A stretch of 64,000 bases of DNA from Solirubrobacterales bacterium (GCA_036780865.1 DAIQCC010000001.1:60446-124445), one strand, 5' to 3'. Counted from the stretch's first letter, positions 25,039 to 35,258 are shown. The notes: generated by a model from the letters alone, not told the origin. Made by a program: numbers and translations.

Positions 25039-26439
25039 ATGATCGAAGATTACGAGTTGGGGGTACGGCGGCCGGTCAAGATCCTGGTCGTCGCGGGCAC
25101 CAGGCCGGAGGCGATAAAGCTGGTGCCGATGATCCTCGCCATGAAGGCAAGCGAAGTCTTCGAACCCCAGGTCGTTTCGACCGGCCAGCATCACGAGATG
25201 GTCGAAGAGGTCTTCGGCCTCGCCGGGATCAGCATCGACTTCAACCTCTGGGTCGGCGGGGCGAGAAACGAACTCAATGACCGGGTGCGGGAAGTAATGG
25301 CGCGGCTCGACGACTTCATCCGGGTCGAGTACGGCGCCGACGGCACCGTCAAGCAGGACGAGGTCGTGGCCGGCAACTACCCGATCGCGATCTTCGTCCA
25401 CGGCGACACCACCTCGGCCTTCGCCGCAGCGCTCACCGCCTTCCACCTCCGCATCCCCGTCGTCCACGTCGAGGCCGGCCTGCGGACCGGATCGAACCTT
25501 TCGCCCTTCCCGGAGGAACTGAACCGGGAACTGATCACCTGCATCGCGGCCTTCCATCTGGCCCCGACCTCCCACAACCTTCAGAACCTGATCCGGGAGA
25601 ACGTGCCGGTCGAGCAGATCTTCATCACCGGAAACACGGGAATCGACGCACTCGAGTGGGCGGCGGGACTGAACGTCGAGTTCTCCGACCAGACGGTGGC
25701 GGAGATCGCAGCCACCGACCGGCGGGTGATCACGATCACCGCCCATCGCCGCGAAAACTGGGGCGACGGGCTCGAAGGGATTGCTGCCGGCGTTCGGATG
25801 CTCGCGGTTGATCATCCGAACGACTACTTCGTGATCCCGCAGCACCCGAACCCGGAGGTCCGCAAGCACTGGGAAACCCTCAACGACCTCCCGAACGTCT
25901 GCCTGACCGATGCGCACTCCTACCCGGAGTTCGCCCGGCTCATGGCGCGTTCCTACCTGATCATCACCGACTCGGGCGGGATTCAGGAGGAGGCACCTTC
26001 GCTCGACAAGCCGGTGCTGGTCTGCCGTGATTCGACCGAGCGCCGCGAAGGCCTCGAAGCCGGCACCCTGAAGCTGGTCGGCACCGACCCGGTCAAGATC
26101 CGCGAGGAGGCGGGCATCCTCCTCGACGACGAGCATGCTTACCAGGAGATGGCAGAGGCCGAGAATCCCTACGGCGACGGACGTGCGTCGGAAAGGATCG
26201 TGGCGGCCATGACCTATCTGTACCGGGGCGGCCGGCTCCCCGATCCGTTTCACTCGAGCTTTTCCCGGGCCGCCGTCATCGAGGCGTCGGGATACAAGCT
26301 GCCGGCGACGGCAAGGGAGCGGCTCGATCCGGCCCTGGTGCCGGAGTCGGAGCGTCATCAGGAGGAAGCGATCATGGACCCGATCGAGAACTTCTGGATG
26401 GAGTTCGGCTCCATCACCGATCGATGGTTTCGCCGCTGA
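25039..26439 (+). CDS. wecB: UDP-N-acetylglucosamine 2-epimerase (non-hydrolysing) with a C-terminal extension of about 75 aa
   Basis: GTRPEAIKL, HVEAGLRTG, PFPEELNR and TDSGGIQEE blocks. The usual C-terminal NPYGDG..RIV motif is followed by about 75 extra residues. Confidence 0.88.
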   Translation: MIEDYELGVRRPVKILVVAGTRPEAIKLVPMILAMKASEVFEPQVVSTGQHHEMVEEVFGLAGISIDFNLWVGGARNELNDRVREVMARLDDFIRVEYGADGTVKQDEVVAGNYPIAIFVHGDTTSAFAAALTAFHLRIPVVHVEAGLRTGSNLSPFPEELNRELITCIAAFHLAPTSHNLQNLIRENVPVEQIFITGNTGIDALEWAAGLNVEFSDQTVAEIAATDRRVITITAHRRENWGDGLEGIAAGVRMLAVDHPNDYFVIPQHPNPEVRKHWETLNDLPNVCLTDAHSYPEFARLMARSYLIITDSGGIQEEAPSLDKPVLVCRDSTERREGLEAGTLKLVGTDPVKIREEAGILLDDEHAYQEMAEAENPYGDGRASERIVAAMTYLYRGGRLPDPFHSSFSRAAVIEASGYKLPATARERLDPALVPESERHQEEAIMDPIENFWMEFGSITDRWFRR

Positions 26440-27857
26440 TCGCAGTCGAAGTACTTCCCTTTTCGGGTCTGGAGCCGTTCTTCCAGATCCTCTTCACGGT
26501 CACATTCCTGATCGTGATTGCGATGTTCTTGTGGACCTTCATCCTCTTCACCAGGGGGGTCCGCTCCGACCGCCAGATGGCCCGGCATGAGGAGGTAAAC
26601 CCGGAGCTGTTCGAGTGGATCTTCTTCGTGCCCGCCCTCAACGAGGAGGTCACGATCGCCGACAGCGTAAGCCGGCTGGAAGCGATCGAGGTAGATCGAA
26701 AACGCATCGTCGTGATCAACGACGGCTCCGACGACGGAACCTCGGAGATCCTCGCCGGGATGACCAATCCCAGTCTGGTCGTGCTGGAACGAAAGCCACC
26801 CCAGGCGCGTCAGGGCAAGGCCGCGGCCCTGAACTACGCCTTCGAAGAGATCAACTCCCGCTTCAAGCTCGACCCGCAACTGACGATCTTCTGCATCGTC
26901 GACGCCGATGGCCGGATCGCCCCCGACAGCCTCCGGTGCGTCGCCCAGCACTTCATGGATCCGAAGGTCGGAGGCGTCCAGACCCTGGTTCGCATCTACA
27001 ACCGGCACCGGCTCCTGACCTGGTTCCAGGACATCGAGTTCTCGATCTACGGTCGGCTGTTCCAGGCCGGGCGCAACAAGTGGGGCACCTCCGGCATGGG
27101 AGGAAATGGCCAGTACAACCGGATGGCCGCCCTCCAGGCAATCGATGATCGCGATCCCGGTCCCGCCGAGCCCGCCTATCCCGAAAACGACCCGGAAGAT
27201 CCGGTGATCGCACCGGAACCGGCCAGCCGCGGGCCCTGGCGTGATCGCCTGACCGAGGACCAGGATCTCGGCCTGAGGCTGCTCGTGGCCGGGTGGAGAT
27301 GCCACCACGACAATCGGGCGACCGTCTCGCAGCAGGGCGTTTCAGACCTCAGGCGACTGTTCCGCCAGCGGACCAGGTGGTCACAGGGCAACCTCCAGGC
27401 GATCGGCCTGATCGGCGAGATCGGCACCTCCAGGCTCTTCCTTCCGGCCCGGCTCGAACAGGTCCTCTTCCTGCTGATGCCGTTCTGGCAATTCATCGTG
27501 GGAGCGTCGCTCTTTGCCTCCATTTACCTGTTGTTATTCGAGGACGTGCCCTTCGTCATCGAGGGTGACGCATGGTGGTGGCTCTACTTCCTCTACCTGC
27601 TCGGCTTCGGCGGGACGGTGATGGGTTCGATCGCCGCGAAAATCGGTGATCGCACCACCATCCTCGGAATCATCAAGGGCGTGATCACCGGTCAGATCTA
27701 CGCCTTCTACACCTGGCTGCTCTGGCCGGTGCTTCTGCGGTCGGCTTTCAGGCAGATCACCAGCCGGGAATCATGGGCAAAGACCTCTCGAGAGGCAATC
27801 GACCCGCCCGATTCGGATCCGCCGCCTCCGGTGGAGGCGCCGGCAGCCGCGCCTTAG
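26424..27857 (+). CDS. processive family 2 glycosyltransferase (membrane-embedded synthase type)
   Basis: NDGSDDGT, VDADG, TEDQDLG and QRTRWSQG (QxxRW) motifs, flanked by multiple TM helices. 16-nt overlap with wecB. Confidence 0.85.
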   Translation: MVSPLIAVEVLPFSGLEPFFQILFTVTFLIVIAMFLWTFILFTRGVRSDRQMARHEEVNPELFEWIFFVPALNEEVTIADSVSRLEAIEVDRKRIVVINDGSDDGTSEILAGMTNPSLVVLERKPPQARQGKAAALNYAFEEINSRFKLDPQLTIFCIVDADGRIAPDSLRCVAQHFMDPKVGGVQTLVRIYNRHRLLTWFQDIEFSIYGRLFQAGRNKWGTSGMGGNGQYNRMAALQAIDDRDPGPAEPAYPENDPEDPVIAPEPASRGPWRDRLTEDQDLGLRLLVAGWRCHHDNRATVSQQGVSDLRRLFRQRTRWSQGNLQAIGLIGEIGTSRLFLPARLEQVLFLLMPFWQFIVGASLFASIYLLLFEDVPFVIEGDAWWWLYFLYLLGFGGTVMGSIAAKIGDRTTILGIIKGVITGQIYAFYTWLLWPVLLRSAFRQITSRESWAKTSREAIDPPDSDPPPPVEAPAAAP

Positions 27858-27880
27858 GCGCCACGCGCTGGAGGAGGGCA

Positions 27881-27909
27881 GACTTTTCATCCGTATTGCA
27901 TGGAAAGTC
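27881..27909 (+). terminator. AT-rich hairpin after the GT2 gene
   Basis: GACTTTTCAT-ccgtattgc-ATGGAAAGTC, with one G-U pair and no U-tract. Confidence 0.3.
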
Positions 27910-27950
27910 GGGGATCGGAAGGGCAAAGCCAGCATCCGCGCGCAAGATTG

Positions 27951-27978
27951 TTGACAGCGCAACCAAGTTCGCTACACT
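27951..27978 (+). promoter_or_regulatory. putative sigma-70-type promoter of lon
   Basis: TTGACA (27951-27956), 16-nt spacer, TACACT (27973-27978). Lies about 35 nt upstream of the lon ATG. Confidence 0.45.
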
Positions 27979-28013
27979 GTGCGCAGGACTAACTACAGAA
28001 ACTAGACTTACTA

Positions 28014-30308
28014 ATGGATCTTCTGCTGGTTCCAATCGACGAAGCAATTGTCTTTCCCTCCGTTACCGCCACCCTCCAGATCGAGGTCGGTGACGAGGAA
28101 CAGGTCTTCCTGCTGCCCCGCCGCGACGGGGAGTTCGCGCGCGTAGGCGTGATCGCTGACGTGGTCGAGAAGGGCCAGTCACCGCGGGGCGAAAACGTCG
28201 CCACCGTGGTCGGCCTCCGGCGTGGACTTGCCGGCATCGCCCATCCGGACGAGATCGATCCGGAAGCACTGCGGATCGAGGTCCAGGAAATCCACGACGG
28301 CCATCCCGACGACGAGCACACCAGGGAGCTGGTCCGCGAGTACCGGGCGATCGTCGAGGAGATCCTCGAACTGCGCAACGCCGACGGCCGGATCGCCGCC
28401 TTCCTGCGGAACGTGACCGAGCCCGGGAAACTGGCCGACACCTCCGGCCTCAGCCCCGACCTCAGTTTCGACCAGAAGTTCGAGTTGCTCGACACGCTGA
28501 ACGTCACCGCCCGTCTGGAAAAAGCGGTCGGTTTCCAGCGCGAACGCCTGGCCGAACTCCAGGTCCGCAGCAAGATCCGCGACGACGTCGAGTCCGGCGC
28601 CCAGCAGCAGCAGCGCGAGTACTTCCTGCGCGAGCAGATGAAGTCGATCCGCAAGGAACTCGGCGAAGATGACGCCAACCTGATCGAGGAGTACGAGCAG
28701 AAGATCGCCGACGCCGGGATGCCGGAGGCAGTCGAAGAGCAGGCAACTAAGGAACTTCGGCGGCTCGAGCGCCAGGGCGAGCAGTCGGGCGAAAGCTCGA
28801 TGATCCGCAGCTACCTCGACTGGCTGATCGCCGTCCCGTGGAGCAAACGCTCGGAAGAAAAACTGGACCCGGCGTACACCCGCGAAGTGCTCGACTCCGA
28901 CCACGCAGGGCTCGATGACGTCAAGCGGAGGATCACCGAGTTCGTCGCGGTCAGAAAACTGCGGCAGGAGCGCGAAGTCGAGGAGGACAGCCGCGCCGAC
29001 GGCGCGATCCTGACCCTGGTCGGCCCGCCCGGCACCGGCAAGACCTCGATCGGCGAATCGGTCGCCAAGGCGCTTGGCCGCGAGTTCGTCCGGATCTCGC
29101 TCGGCGGTGTCCACGACGAGGCCGAGATCCGCGGTCACCGTCGCACCTACATCGGCGCCATGCCAGGCCGGATCGTGCGTGCCGTCAGGGACGCCGGGAC
29201 CATGAACCCGGTCATCCTGCTGGACGAGGTCGACAAGGTTGGTGCCGACTGGCGGGGCGATCCCTCCGCAGCGCTGCTCGAGGTGCTCGACCCGGCCCAG
29301 AACCACAGCTTCCGCGACCACTACCTGGACGTCGAAGTGGACCTGTCAAAGGTCGTCTTCCTCGCCACCGCAAACATGCTCGACACCATCCCGGCACCGT
29401 TGCTGGACCGGATGGAGATCATCGCCTTCGACGGCTACACGGTCGAAGAGAAGCGGGCGATTGCCAGGGACTACCTGTTGCCCCGTCAGGTCAAGCGGAA
29501 CGGGCTGAGCGACGACGAAGTCGAGGTCGAGGACGCTGTGCTCGCCGACCTGATTGCCGAGTACACCCGCGAGGCGGGGGTCCGGCAGCTCGAACGGGAG
29601 ATCGGCAAGCTGATGAGGCGTTCCGCAACCCGGATCGCCTCAGGTGACGCCGAAGCGCCACTCAGGGTCGACGAGGAGTTCCTGCGCGACGCCCTCGGCA
29701 AGCAGAAGTTCTGGCAGGAGTCGGTCGAGAGGACCGCGATACCAGGGGTCTCGACCGGCCTGGCCGTCACCGGGACCGGCGGTGACGTCCTCTTCATCGA
29801 GGCAACCGCGATGGACGGTGACAAGGGGATGGTGCTGACCGGCCAGCTTGGTGACGTGATGAAGGAGTCGGCCCGCATCGCGCTGTCCTACGTGCGCTCG
29901 CACCGCGAACAACTCGGGGTGACCGCCGAGGCCTTTGATCGCGAGTTCCACCTGCATGTTCCGGCCGGGGCGATCCCCAAGGACGGACCAAGTGCCGGAA
30001 CCGCCATGACGACGGCGCTCGTGTCCCTGCTTACCGGCCGACCGGTAAAGCACACTGTCGGCATGACGGGCGAGGTAACCCTGCAGGGCCGCGTGCTGCC
30101 GATCGGCGGACTCAAGCAGAAGGTCCTGGCTGCCCACGCAGCCGGATTGACCGAGGTGATCCTGCCCTTCAGGAACAAGGCCGATCTCGACGACGTGCCG
30201 GAGGAAGTGCGCGAGGTCATGACTTTCCACCCGGTTTCCAGCATTGAGGAAGTAATCGACCTTGCCCTTGAGCCTGCCGGGACCCTCGCGGATGTCGCAC
30301 CGATGTAA
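28014..30308 (+). CDS. lon: ATP-dependent Lon protease
   Basis: LON N-domain, Walker [10 protein letters not shown], and protease active-site [11 protein letters not shown]. Confidence 0.95.
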   Translation: MDLLLVPIDEAIVFPSVTATLQIEVGDEEQVFLLPRRDGEFARVGVIADVVEKGQSPRGENVATVVGLRRGLAGIAHPDEIDPEALRIEVQEIHDGHPDDEHTRELVREYRAIVEEILELRNADGRIAAFLRNVTEPGKLADTSGLSPDLSFDQKFELLDTLNVTARLEKAVGFQRERLAELQVRSKIRDDVESGAQQQQREYFLREQMKSIRKELGEDDANLIEEYEQKIADAGMPEAVEEQATKELRRLERQGEQSGESSMIRSYLDWLIAVPWSKRSEEKLDPAYTREVLDSDHAGLDDVKRRITEFVAVRKLRQEREVEEDSRADGAILTLVGPPGTGKTSIGESVAKALGREFVRISLGGVHDEAEIRGHRRTYIGAMPGRIVRAVRDAGTMNPVILLDEVDKVGADWRGDPSAALLEVLDPAQNHSFRDHYLDVEVDLSKVVFLATANMLDTIPAPLLDRMEIIAFDGYTVEEKRAIARDYLLPRQVKRNGLSDDEVEVEDAVLADLIAEYTREAGVRQLEREIGKLMRRSATRIASGDAEAPLRVDEEFLRDALGKQKFWQESVERTAIPGVSTGLAVTGTGGDVLFIEATAMDGDKGMVLTGQLGDVMKESARIALSYVRSHREQLGVTAEAFDREFHLHVPAGAIPKDGPSAGTAMTTALVSLLTGRPVKHTVGMTGEVTLQGRVLPIGGLKQKVLAAHAAGLTEVILPFRNKADLDDVPEEVREVMTFHPVSSIEEVIDLALEPAGTLADVAPM

Positions 30309-30333
30309 CAGTTGCCAGCCGATTCCCGCCGAG

Positions 30334-30600
30334 ATGCGGGAGACGGCGGTAGTTCTCGAGCGCCGCTGGACCATGGCCACGATCTACGCGTGCTCCAGCG
30401 GCGCCACCCGCTTCAACGAGTTCCGGCAGTCGATGCCGGGCGTATCGCCGACCACCCTTTCGGACCGGCTCGAACAACTCGAGGCCGCCGGCATCGTTGA
30501 ACGCCAGACCGTGCCGGGCCGGCCCCCGCACACCGAGTACGCCCTGACCGAGAAGGGGGAGAGGGTGGCGCGCGCGGTCGCCGCGTTGCTCCGGTTCTAG
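30334..30600 (+). CDS. HxlR family transcriptional regulator
   Basis: RWTMATIY..ATRFNEF..PGVSPTTLSDRLEQLEAAGIVER winged-helix pattern. Start set at ATG 30334, just after the lon stop. Confidence 0.8.
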   Translation: MRETAVVLERRWTMATIYACSSGATRFNEFRQSMPGVSPTTLSDRLEQLEAAGIVERQTVPGRPPHTEYALTEKGERVARAVAALLRF

Positions 30601-30609
30601 ACTGGGCGG

Positions 30610-32094
30610 GTGCGCCGGCTCGTCCTCTTTGCCACCCTCGCCGCCCTGACGCTGGCTCCCGCCGGCGCCCGGGCGCTCGAGTTCAAGATCGTCAACCAGA
30701 GCAGCCAGCCCGCCGACAAGGTGTTCGTGACCGTCGCCGGTGATGCCGCCACCTACGACGTGCCCGGAATGCCGAACAACTCGCCGGTGAAGCTCTCGGG
30801 TATACCTGGCCAGAAGTTCACCGTCAACAAACTGGTCTCCGGCCGGGTTTACATCTCCTACGGCAAGGGAGTGAACCTTTCCGTGCCGTTCACTTCTTCG
30901 ACCCGGTTCGACTGGGCCGAGCTGACAGTGATCCCGAGCTCCTCTGACGTCGCCAACCTCACCGCCGTCGATCAGTTCGGCATCGGCATGAGACTCGCCA
31001 CCTTCAACGGTTCGGGCTCGAAGCTGGAGACCCTGGGGTCGGCCAACTCGAACACGGTCTTCAACGCGCTCCAGAAGATCCCCGGTGGCCCCGGCGCGAC
31101 GATCCGCAACTCGAACGGAAAGATCATCAGGGTCCTCTCCCCGAACAAGAACACCTCCTACCCGAAGCTCGGCCAGTACGTGAAGTCGATGTCGGGAAAG
31201 AAGATCTGGCTCCACACGGCCTTCTACGGGACCCCATTTACCACCAGCACCTACTCCGGCACGTTCCAGTCCGACGGCTCGATCGAGCTGAGCGGCCAGT
31301 CGAATCCGCCCGGAGGGGCACCGGCGACGATCCAGATCCCCGGGACCCGGATCATCAATGACATCTACACCGGGGGCAACACTCCCAACAGCCTCTCGGG
31401 CGCGATCTACCGCGACCTGCTGGCCGGCTTCAGTACCGGCCTGTGGGGCGGCAAGTACGGCAACAACGCGCTCAGCTTCTGCAGCGATCCGCTGACGACA
31501 AACCAGGGAAGCTGGTGCCCGCAAGGGTTCAACAAGCCGGCCTTCGGTGACGCCCGCAAGTCGCTCTCGAGCTTCCCGACCTGTGAGCAGTATGCGGCGG
31601 TGATCAACCGGTACTCCGACTCGTACGGGAATCCCTACAGCGACGCCTCCAAGAAGGTGACGGTGAGCATCAACCAGCCAGCCACCGGGGGCACGGTCTC
31701 GACCCTCCAGCTGACGATCCTTCCCGACAGCGGCAACGCCGGACCATCCGAAGGCGGGAACGCAAACTGCGGCGCGGCGCCGAAGCCGGCCGTCAGGAAG
31801 GTGAGCTTCTACAAGCAGGCGAAGCTGAAGAACGGATCGGCCAAGGTCGGGAAGGCGACCTGTTCATCCGCCTGTGGCCAGATCAAGGTGATCGCCAGAC
31901 GAAACGGCAAGCAGGTCGGCTACCGGAAGTACAAGGCGACCGGCAAGAACCCGTACCTGACGATGAAAGTGACCAAGGCCGGCCGGGAGGCGTTCAAGCG
32001 TCAGAAGAGGCTGAAGGTCAAGGTCCAGGTCTGGATCAAGCCGGCCGGCGGCAAGCAGGTCAAGAAGACCCGCACGATGAAGTTCGTGAAGTAG
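30610..32094 (+). CDS. secreted GH64-like beta-1,3-glucanase-family protein with a Lys-rich C-terminal domain
   Basis: Signal peptide (LAPAGARA). SGRVYISYG...FDWAELT...NLTAVDQFGIGM pattern resembles GH64, recalled from memory. The C-terminal part of about 100 aa is K/R-rich. Confidence 0.55.
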   Translation: MRRLVLFATLAALTLAPAGARALEFKIVNQSSQPADKVFVTVAGDAATYDVPGMPNNSPVKLSGIPGQKFTVNKLVSGRVYISYGKGVNLSVPFTSSTRFDWAELTVIPSSSDVANLTAVDQFGIGMRLATFNGSGSKLETLGSANSNTVFNALQKIPGGPGATIRNSNGKIIRVLSPNKNTSYPKLGQYVKSMSGKKIWLHTAFYGTPFTTSTYSGTFQSDGSIELSGQSNPPGGAPATIQIPGTRIINDIYTGGNTPNSLSGAIYRDLLAGFSTGLWGGKYGNNALSFCSDPLTTNQGSWCPQGFNKPAFGDARKSLSSFPTCEQYAAVINRYSDSYGNPYSDASKKVTVSINQPATGGTVSTLQLTILPDSGNAGPSEGGNANCGAAPKPAVRKVSFYKQAKLKNGSAKVGKATCSSACGQIKVIARRNGKQVGYRKYKATGKNPYLTMKVTKAGREAFKRQKRLKVKVQVWIKPAGGKQVKKTRTMKFVK

Positions 32095-32154
32095 CTGCCA
32101 CAGTCTGACGGTCCGGCTAGGCTGGAGTTTCAGCCATCGAGAACGGGAGCGAAG

Positions 32155-32565
32155 ATGAAGCGCATCGCAGTGGCGGCAGTTACGTTGGCTCTGTTCGGAG
32201 TGGCCGGCTGCGGGAGTGACGATTCGGGCGGCTCGACTGAATCGGGGCCCTCGGATGAGGAACAGATCCAGGCCGTGGCCGAGAACTACTCCCAGGCGGC
32301 CCTCGATGGCGACGCTGCGGCCGCCTGCGACCTGTTCAGCGAGGCGGCTCTGGAAGAGCTGAACAACTCGGAAGAGTTCGAAAGCTGCGAAGAAGTCGTC
32401 GAGACCGGCTTCGGGATCCTCGACGACAGCCAGAAGAAGGAGATCGCCGAGATCTCCAACATCCAGGTCGACGGTGACACCGCGACTGCCGAGGGTCGCG
32501 ATGGGGAGGTAAGCCTCGTCAGGGAGAACGGTGAGTGGAAACTCGAAACCCAGAATGGCGAGTAG
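32155..32565 (+). CDS. lipoprotein, function unknown
   Basis: Lipobox GVAGC. Acidic 136-aa product with coding-like GC3. Confidence 0.6.
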   Translation: MKRIAVAAVTLALFGVAGCGSDDSGGSTESGPSDEEQIQAVAENYSQAALDGDAAAACDLFSEAALEELNNSEEFESCEEVVETGFGILDDSQKKEIAEISNIQVDGDTATAEGRDGEVSLVRENGEWKLETQNGE

Positions 32566-32608
32566 GGCGCCCGGCGAGTCGGCCGGTCGTATCGAGCAGG
32601 ACTGACTG

Positions 32609-32950
32609 ATGGCGAAGAAGCCGGCCGACCGCACCGAGGGCTGGAAAGACGACCCGAAGAATCCGGAACTGGAGCGCTACTGGCGCGGGAGGTACTGGTC
32701 CGAGATCCGGCGGCCCAAGAACCCGGAGGCATGGGAGAAGAAGCTTGAAGCCAGCCAGGTCGAGCTTTCGACTGTGGCTCCCACACCTTCCGCCACCGCA
32801 CCCATCCCCGGAGCGGGCGACGACCCTCTCCCGACATCGCCACCGGCACCGCCCGCGGGCTGGTACCCGGACCAGCTCGACCCTTCACGCGAGCGCTACT
32901 GGACCGGCACCAACTGGACCTACGAGGTGCGGCCGAAGGAGTCTGCCTGA
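32609..32950 (+). CDS. DUF2510 repeat protein
   Basis: Two GW..DP....RYW.G..W modules (GWKDDPKNPELERYWRGRYW and GWYPDQLDPSRERYWTGTNW). Confidence 0.7.
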   Translation: MAKKPADRTEGWKDDPKNPELERYWRGRYWSEIRRPKNPEAWEKKLEASQVELSTVAPTPSATAPIPGAGDDPLPTSPPAPPAGWYPDQLDPSRERYWTGTNWTYEVRPKESA

Positions 32951-34215
32951 CCCTCGCCTGTCCTGGCCGGTGCCGTTTCCGGTGAAGCGGCGATCACGAA
33001 AAGAATCAGGACCGAAGTGACCGCGAGCAGAAGCCCCGGCGCGAGGTTCCAGCCGGTGATCGAGATCAGGGCGGTGCAGAGGAGTGGTGCGGTGCCGCCG
33101 AAGACCGTGGCTCCGAGGTTGTAGCCAACCGCGACTCCGCTGTAGCGGGTTGGCTTCGTGAAGAGCTCGGTCGCGATCACCAGCGCGGGGGCCGTGAAGA
33201 TCACGACCAGGACCATCAGACCGAGTTGCCCGCCCATCACCGCAGGCAACGACACCTTCGTTATCAGGGCGAAGAGCGGGATGGCTCCGATCGCCATCCC
33301 TACCGCCCCGATCGCGAGCACCGGCCGGCGGCCGAGCCGGTCGCTGAGTGCTCCGGCCGGTGGGCAGAGTGCCATGAAGGCGATCGCCGCGATCGCGGAT
33401 GCGAAAAGGCCCTCCTGCGGGGGTCCGCCGAGGATCGATGTGACGAACGTGGGGATGAAGGTGGCGACCACGTAGTAAATGAGCGACTGCTGTCCGTTCA
33501 GCAGGAAGTTGATCGTCAGCGGTTTGCGTTCCTTCTCGAACAGGGTCTTCAAGGGAACGTCCGGGCGCGACTGCGCTGCCTCGTCCTCGTCCAGTTCCAC
33601 CTTGGTCAGGAGCAGGTAGAGCGCGAGCGCCCCGATCGCGGCGCCGATGAAGAAGGGCAGCCGCCAGCCCCACGTGTCCATCTGCTGGTCGGTAAGCATC
33701 GCGTGGAGAAACGCAACCGTCGCCGAGCTGAGGAGAAAGCCGATCCCGGTGGAAATCTGGACCAGGTTCGTGGTGAAACCCCGCCTGCGCGGGTTGGCGC
33801 TCTCGGCCAGCAGTACGATCGAACCGCTGAACTCTCCCCCCAGCGAGAAACCCTGGGCAAGGCGGATCAGGACCAGCAGGATCGGGGCGAGCACGCCGAT
33901 CGTGCTCTCGGTCGGCAGCAGTCCGATCAGCAGCATGCCGACGGCCATCAGGCTGATCGAGAGGCCCAGGGCAAACTTCCGGCCCTTCGTGTCACCGATG
34001 TTGCCGAGTACCGCGGCACCGAGTGGCCGCATCAGGTAGCCGGCGGCAAAGACTCCGAAGGTCGCGAGCAGCGAGTCAAGCGAGTTGTCGGAGGGGAAGA
34101 AGAGGCCCGAGATGACCGGGGCGAGGTAGATGTAGAGCGTGAAGTCGTACCACTCCATCGCCGCGCCCAGGGTGCCGAACCAGGCTGATCGCTTCCGTTC
34201 CTCCCCCGATTCCAT
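32920..34215 (-). CDS. MFS transporter, metabolite:H+ symporter (MHS) type
   Basis: WYDFTLY N-terminal signature, GDTKGRK motif A, 12 TMS. Confidence 0.85.
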   Translation of the reverse strand: MESGEERKRSAWFGTLGAAMEWYDFTLYIYLAPVISGLFFPSDNSLDSLLATFGVFAAGYLMRPLGAAVLGNIGDTKGRKFALGLSISLMAVGMLLIGLLPTESTIGVLAPILLVLIRLAQGFSLGGEFSGSIVLLAESANPRRRGFTTNLVQISTGIGFLLSSATVAFLHAMLTDQQMDTWGWRLPFFIGAAIGALALYLLLTKVELDEDEAAQSRPDVPLKTLFEKERKPLTINFLLNGQQSLIYYVVATFIPTFVTSILGGPPQEGLFASAIAAIAFMALCPPAGALSDRLGRRPVLAIGAVGMAIGAIPLFALITKVSLPAVMGGQLGLMVLVVIFTAPALVIATELFTKPTRYSGVAVGYNLGATVFGGTAPLLCTALISITGWNLAPGLLLAVTSVLILFVIAASPETAPARTGEGQADSFGRTS

Positions 34216-34271
34216 TCCGGCAGCCTAAGGGTTCCGTGGTCCCCGTCCGCTCGTGACTAGGCTGTAGGGAA

Positions 34272-34823
34272 ATGGGCAAGAAAAAGTCAAAAGGCAAGAA
34301 GCAGGCCGCGACCCTGGCGGAGATCCAGCTCAAGGCCGTCGAGAAGGCGATCGAGATCCTCCGCGAGTCACCCGGCTACAAGAGCCTTGAGCGGAAGACT
34401 GTCGATTTCGGGGAGTACGAGTACCCGCTGGACGGTGTCAATTCGACCGGCAGCCGCATGGTCGAGATCAACGCGCATGTCGGCAGGATGGAGAGTGTCG
34501 ACCTGCCGAAGGTGACCGAAGACATCCTCAGGTTCGCGGCGATCAGGTCGCAGCCGGGTCGCGAGAAGGCCCGATGCGAAATCTTCTTCGTTGACGAGAA
34601 GGCCCGCGATTCGATCAGCGGCTGGATCAAGGCGGCTGCGGACGAGCTCGGAGTCGGCCTCGAAGTCGTCGAGGGCTTCCCGGAGAAGCTTCACCAGAAG
34701 CTGGTCAAGGCCCAGAAGAGCCGGAACAAGGAAACCGGCAAGAAGCAGGCCCTCGAGGATCGCCTCCGCAAGGAGATCCGCCGGGAGATCGAGATCCAGT
34801 ACCGGCTCTCCCAGGAAGTCTGA
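34272..34823 (+). CDS. hypothetical protein with basic N- and C-termini
   Basis: 183-aa ORF with strong GC3 and an SD-like GGGAA upstream. I recognise no family. Confidence 0.55.
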   Translation: MGKKKSKGKKQAATLAEIQLKAVEKAIEILRESPGYKSLERKTVDFGEYEYPLDGVNSTGSRMVEINAHVGRMESVDLPKVTEDILRFAAIRSQPGREKARCEIFFVDEKARDSISGWIKAAADELGVGLEVVEGFPEKLHQKLVKAQKSRNKETGKKQALEDRLRKEIRREIEIQYRLSQEV

Positions 34824-34826
34824 GTC

Positions 34827-35258
34827 TCAGTCGATCGCGACCGAGAGCATCGCGATCACTACGCCGGCATGGGCCGTCCAGGCGATGGTCCGCAACCAGC
34901 TGATCCGAAGCAAACGGTTCTGGAGATCGGGACCGAGCCCTTCCCGGCCGATCCGGCCGTGAGCGGGCGCCGCCCCCAGGGCGGTCAGGGCCCAGGTCGC
35001 GCCGGCGAGTGCCGCGCCAGCCACAGCCAGACCGGACGCATCACCGGGGGGATCAAGCAGGAGCCAGAATGAAGTCACCAGCTCGACCAGCATCGGCGGC
35101 AGCACCACGAAGGTCGTCCGGTTCGAATGCCGCCGGTGATACTCGGTGAAGCCGTCGCCGACCAGCGGAAAGAGCGGATAGTGGACGACCTGGACAAACC
35201 AGGTCAGGCCGGCCATGAAGAGAGTGGCTGCAGCGTTGGCGAGGAGCACGGTGGTCAT
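34827..35258 (-). CDS. 4-TM membrane protein (DUF1772/anthrone-oxygenase-like, tentative)
   Basis: Last 143 codons (MTTVLLANAA..) of the 397-aa track ORF. The upstream 250 codons are Arg/Pro/Gly-rich junk antisense to the photolyase gene. Confidence 0.45.
   Translation of the reverse strand: MTTVLLANAAATLFMAGLTWFVQVVHYPLFPLVGDGFTEYHRRHSNRTTFVVLPPMLVELVTSFWLLLDPPGDASGLAVAGAALAGATWALTALGAAPAHGRIGREGLGPDLQNRLLRISWLRTIAWTAHAGVVIAMLSVAID

Noticed and set aside
23925-27308. Three long minus-strand ORFs (23925-25040, 25009-26358, 26358-27308)
   Set aside because: Antisense to the P450, wecB and GT2 genes, each of which shows canonical motifs on the plus strand.
27979-28013. Heat-shock operator (HAIR/CIRCE) in the AT-rich lon leader
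   Set aside because: No CTTGAGT-N7-ACTCAAG or CIRCE-like inverted repeat is present. There is only an AT-rich stretch without dyad symmetry.
28179-31524. Minus-strand ORFs 28179-29321, 29640-30380 and 30217-31524
   Set aside because: Antisense to lon, the hxlR-like gene and the GH64-like gene. Their composition is typical of shadow ORFs.
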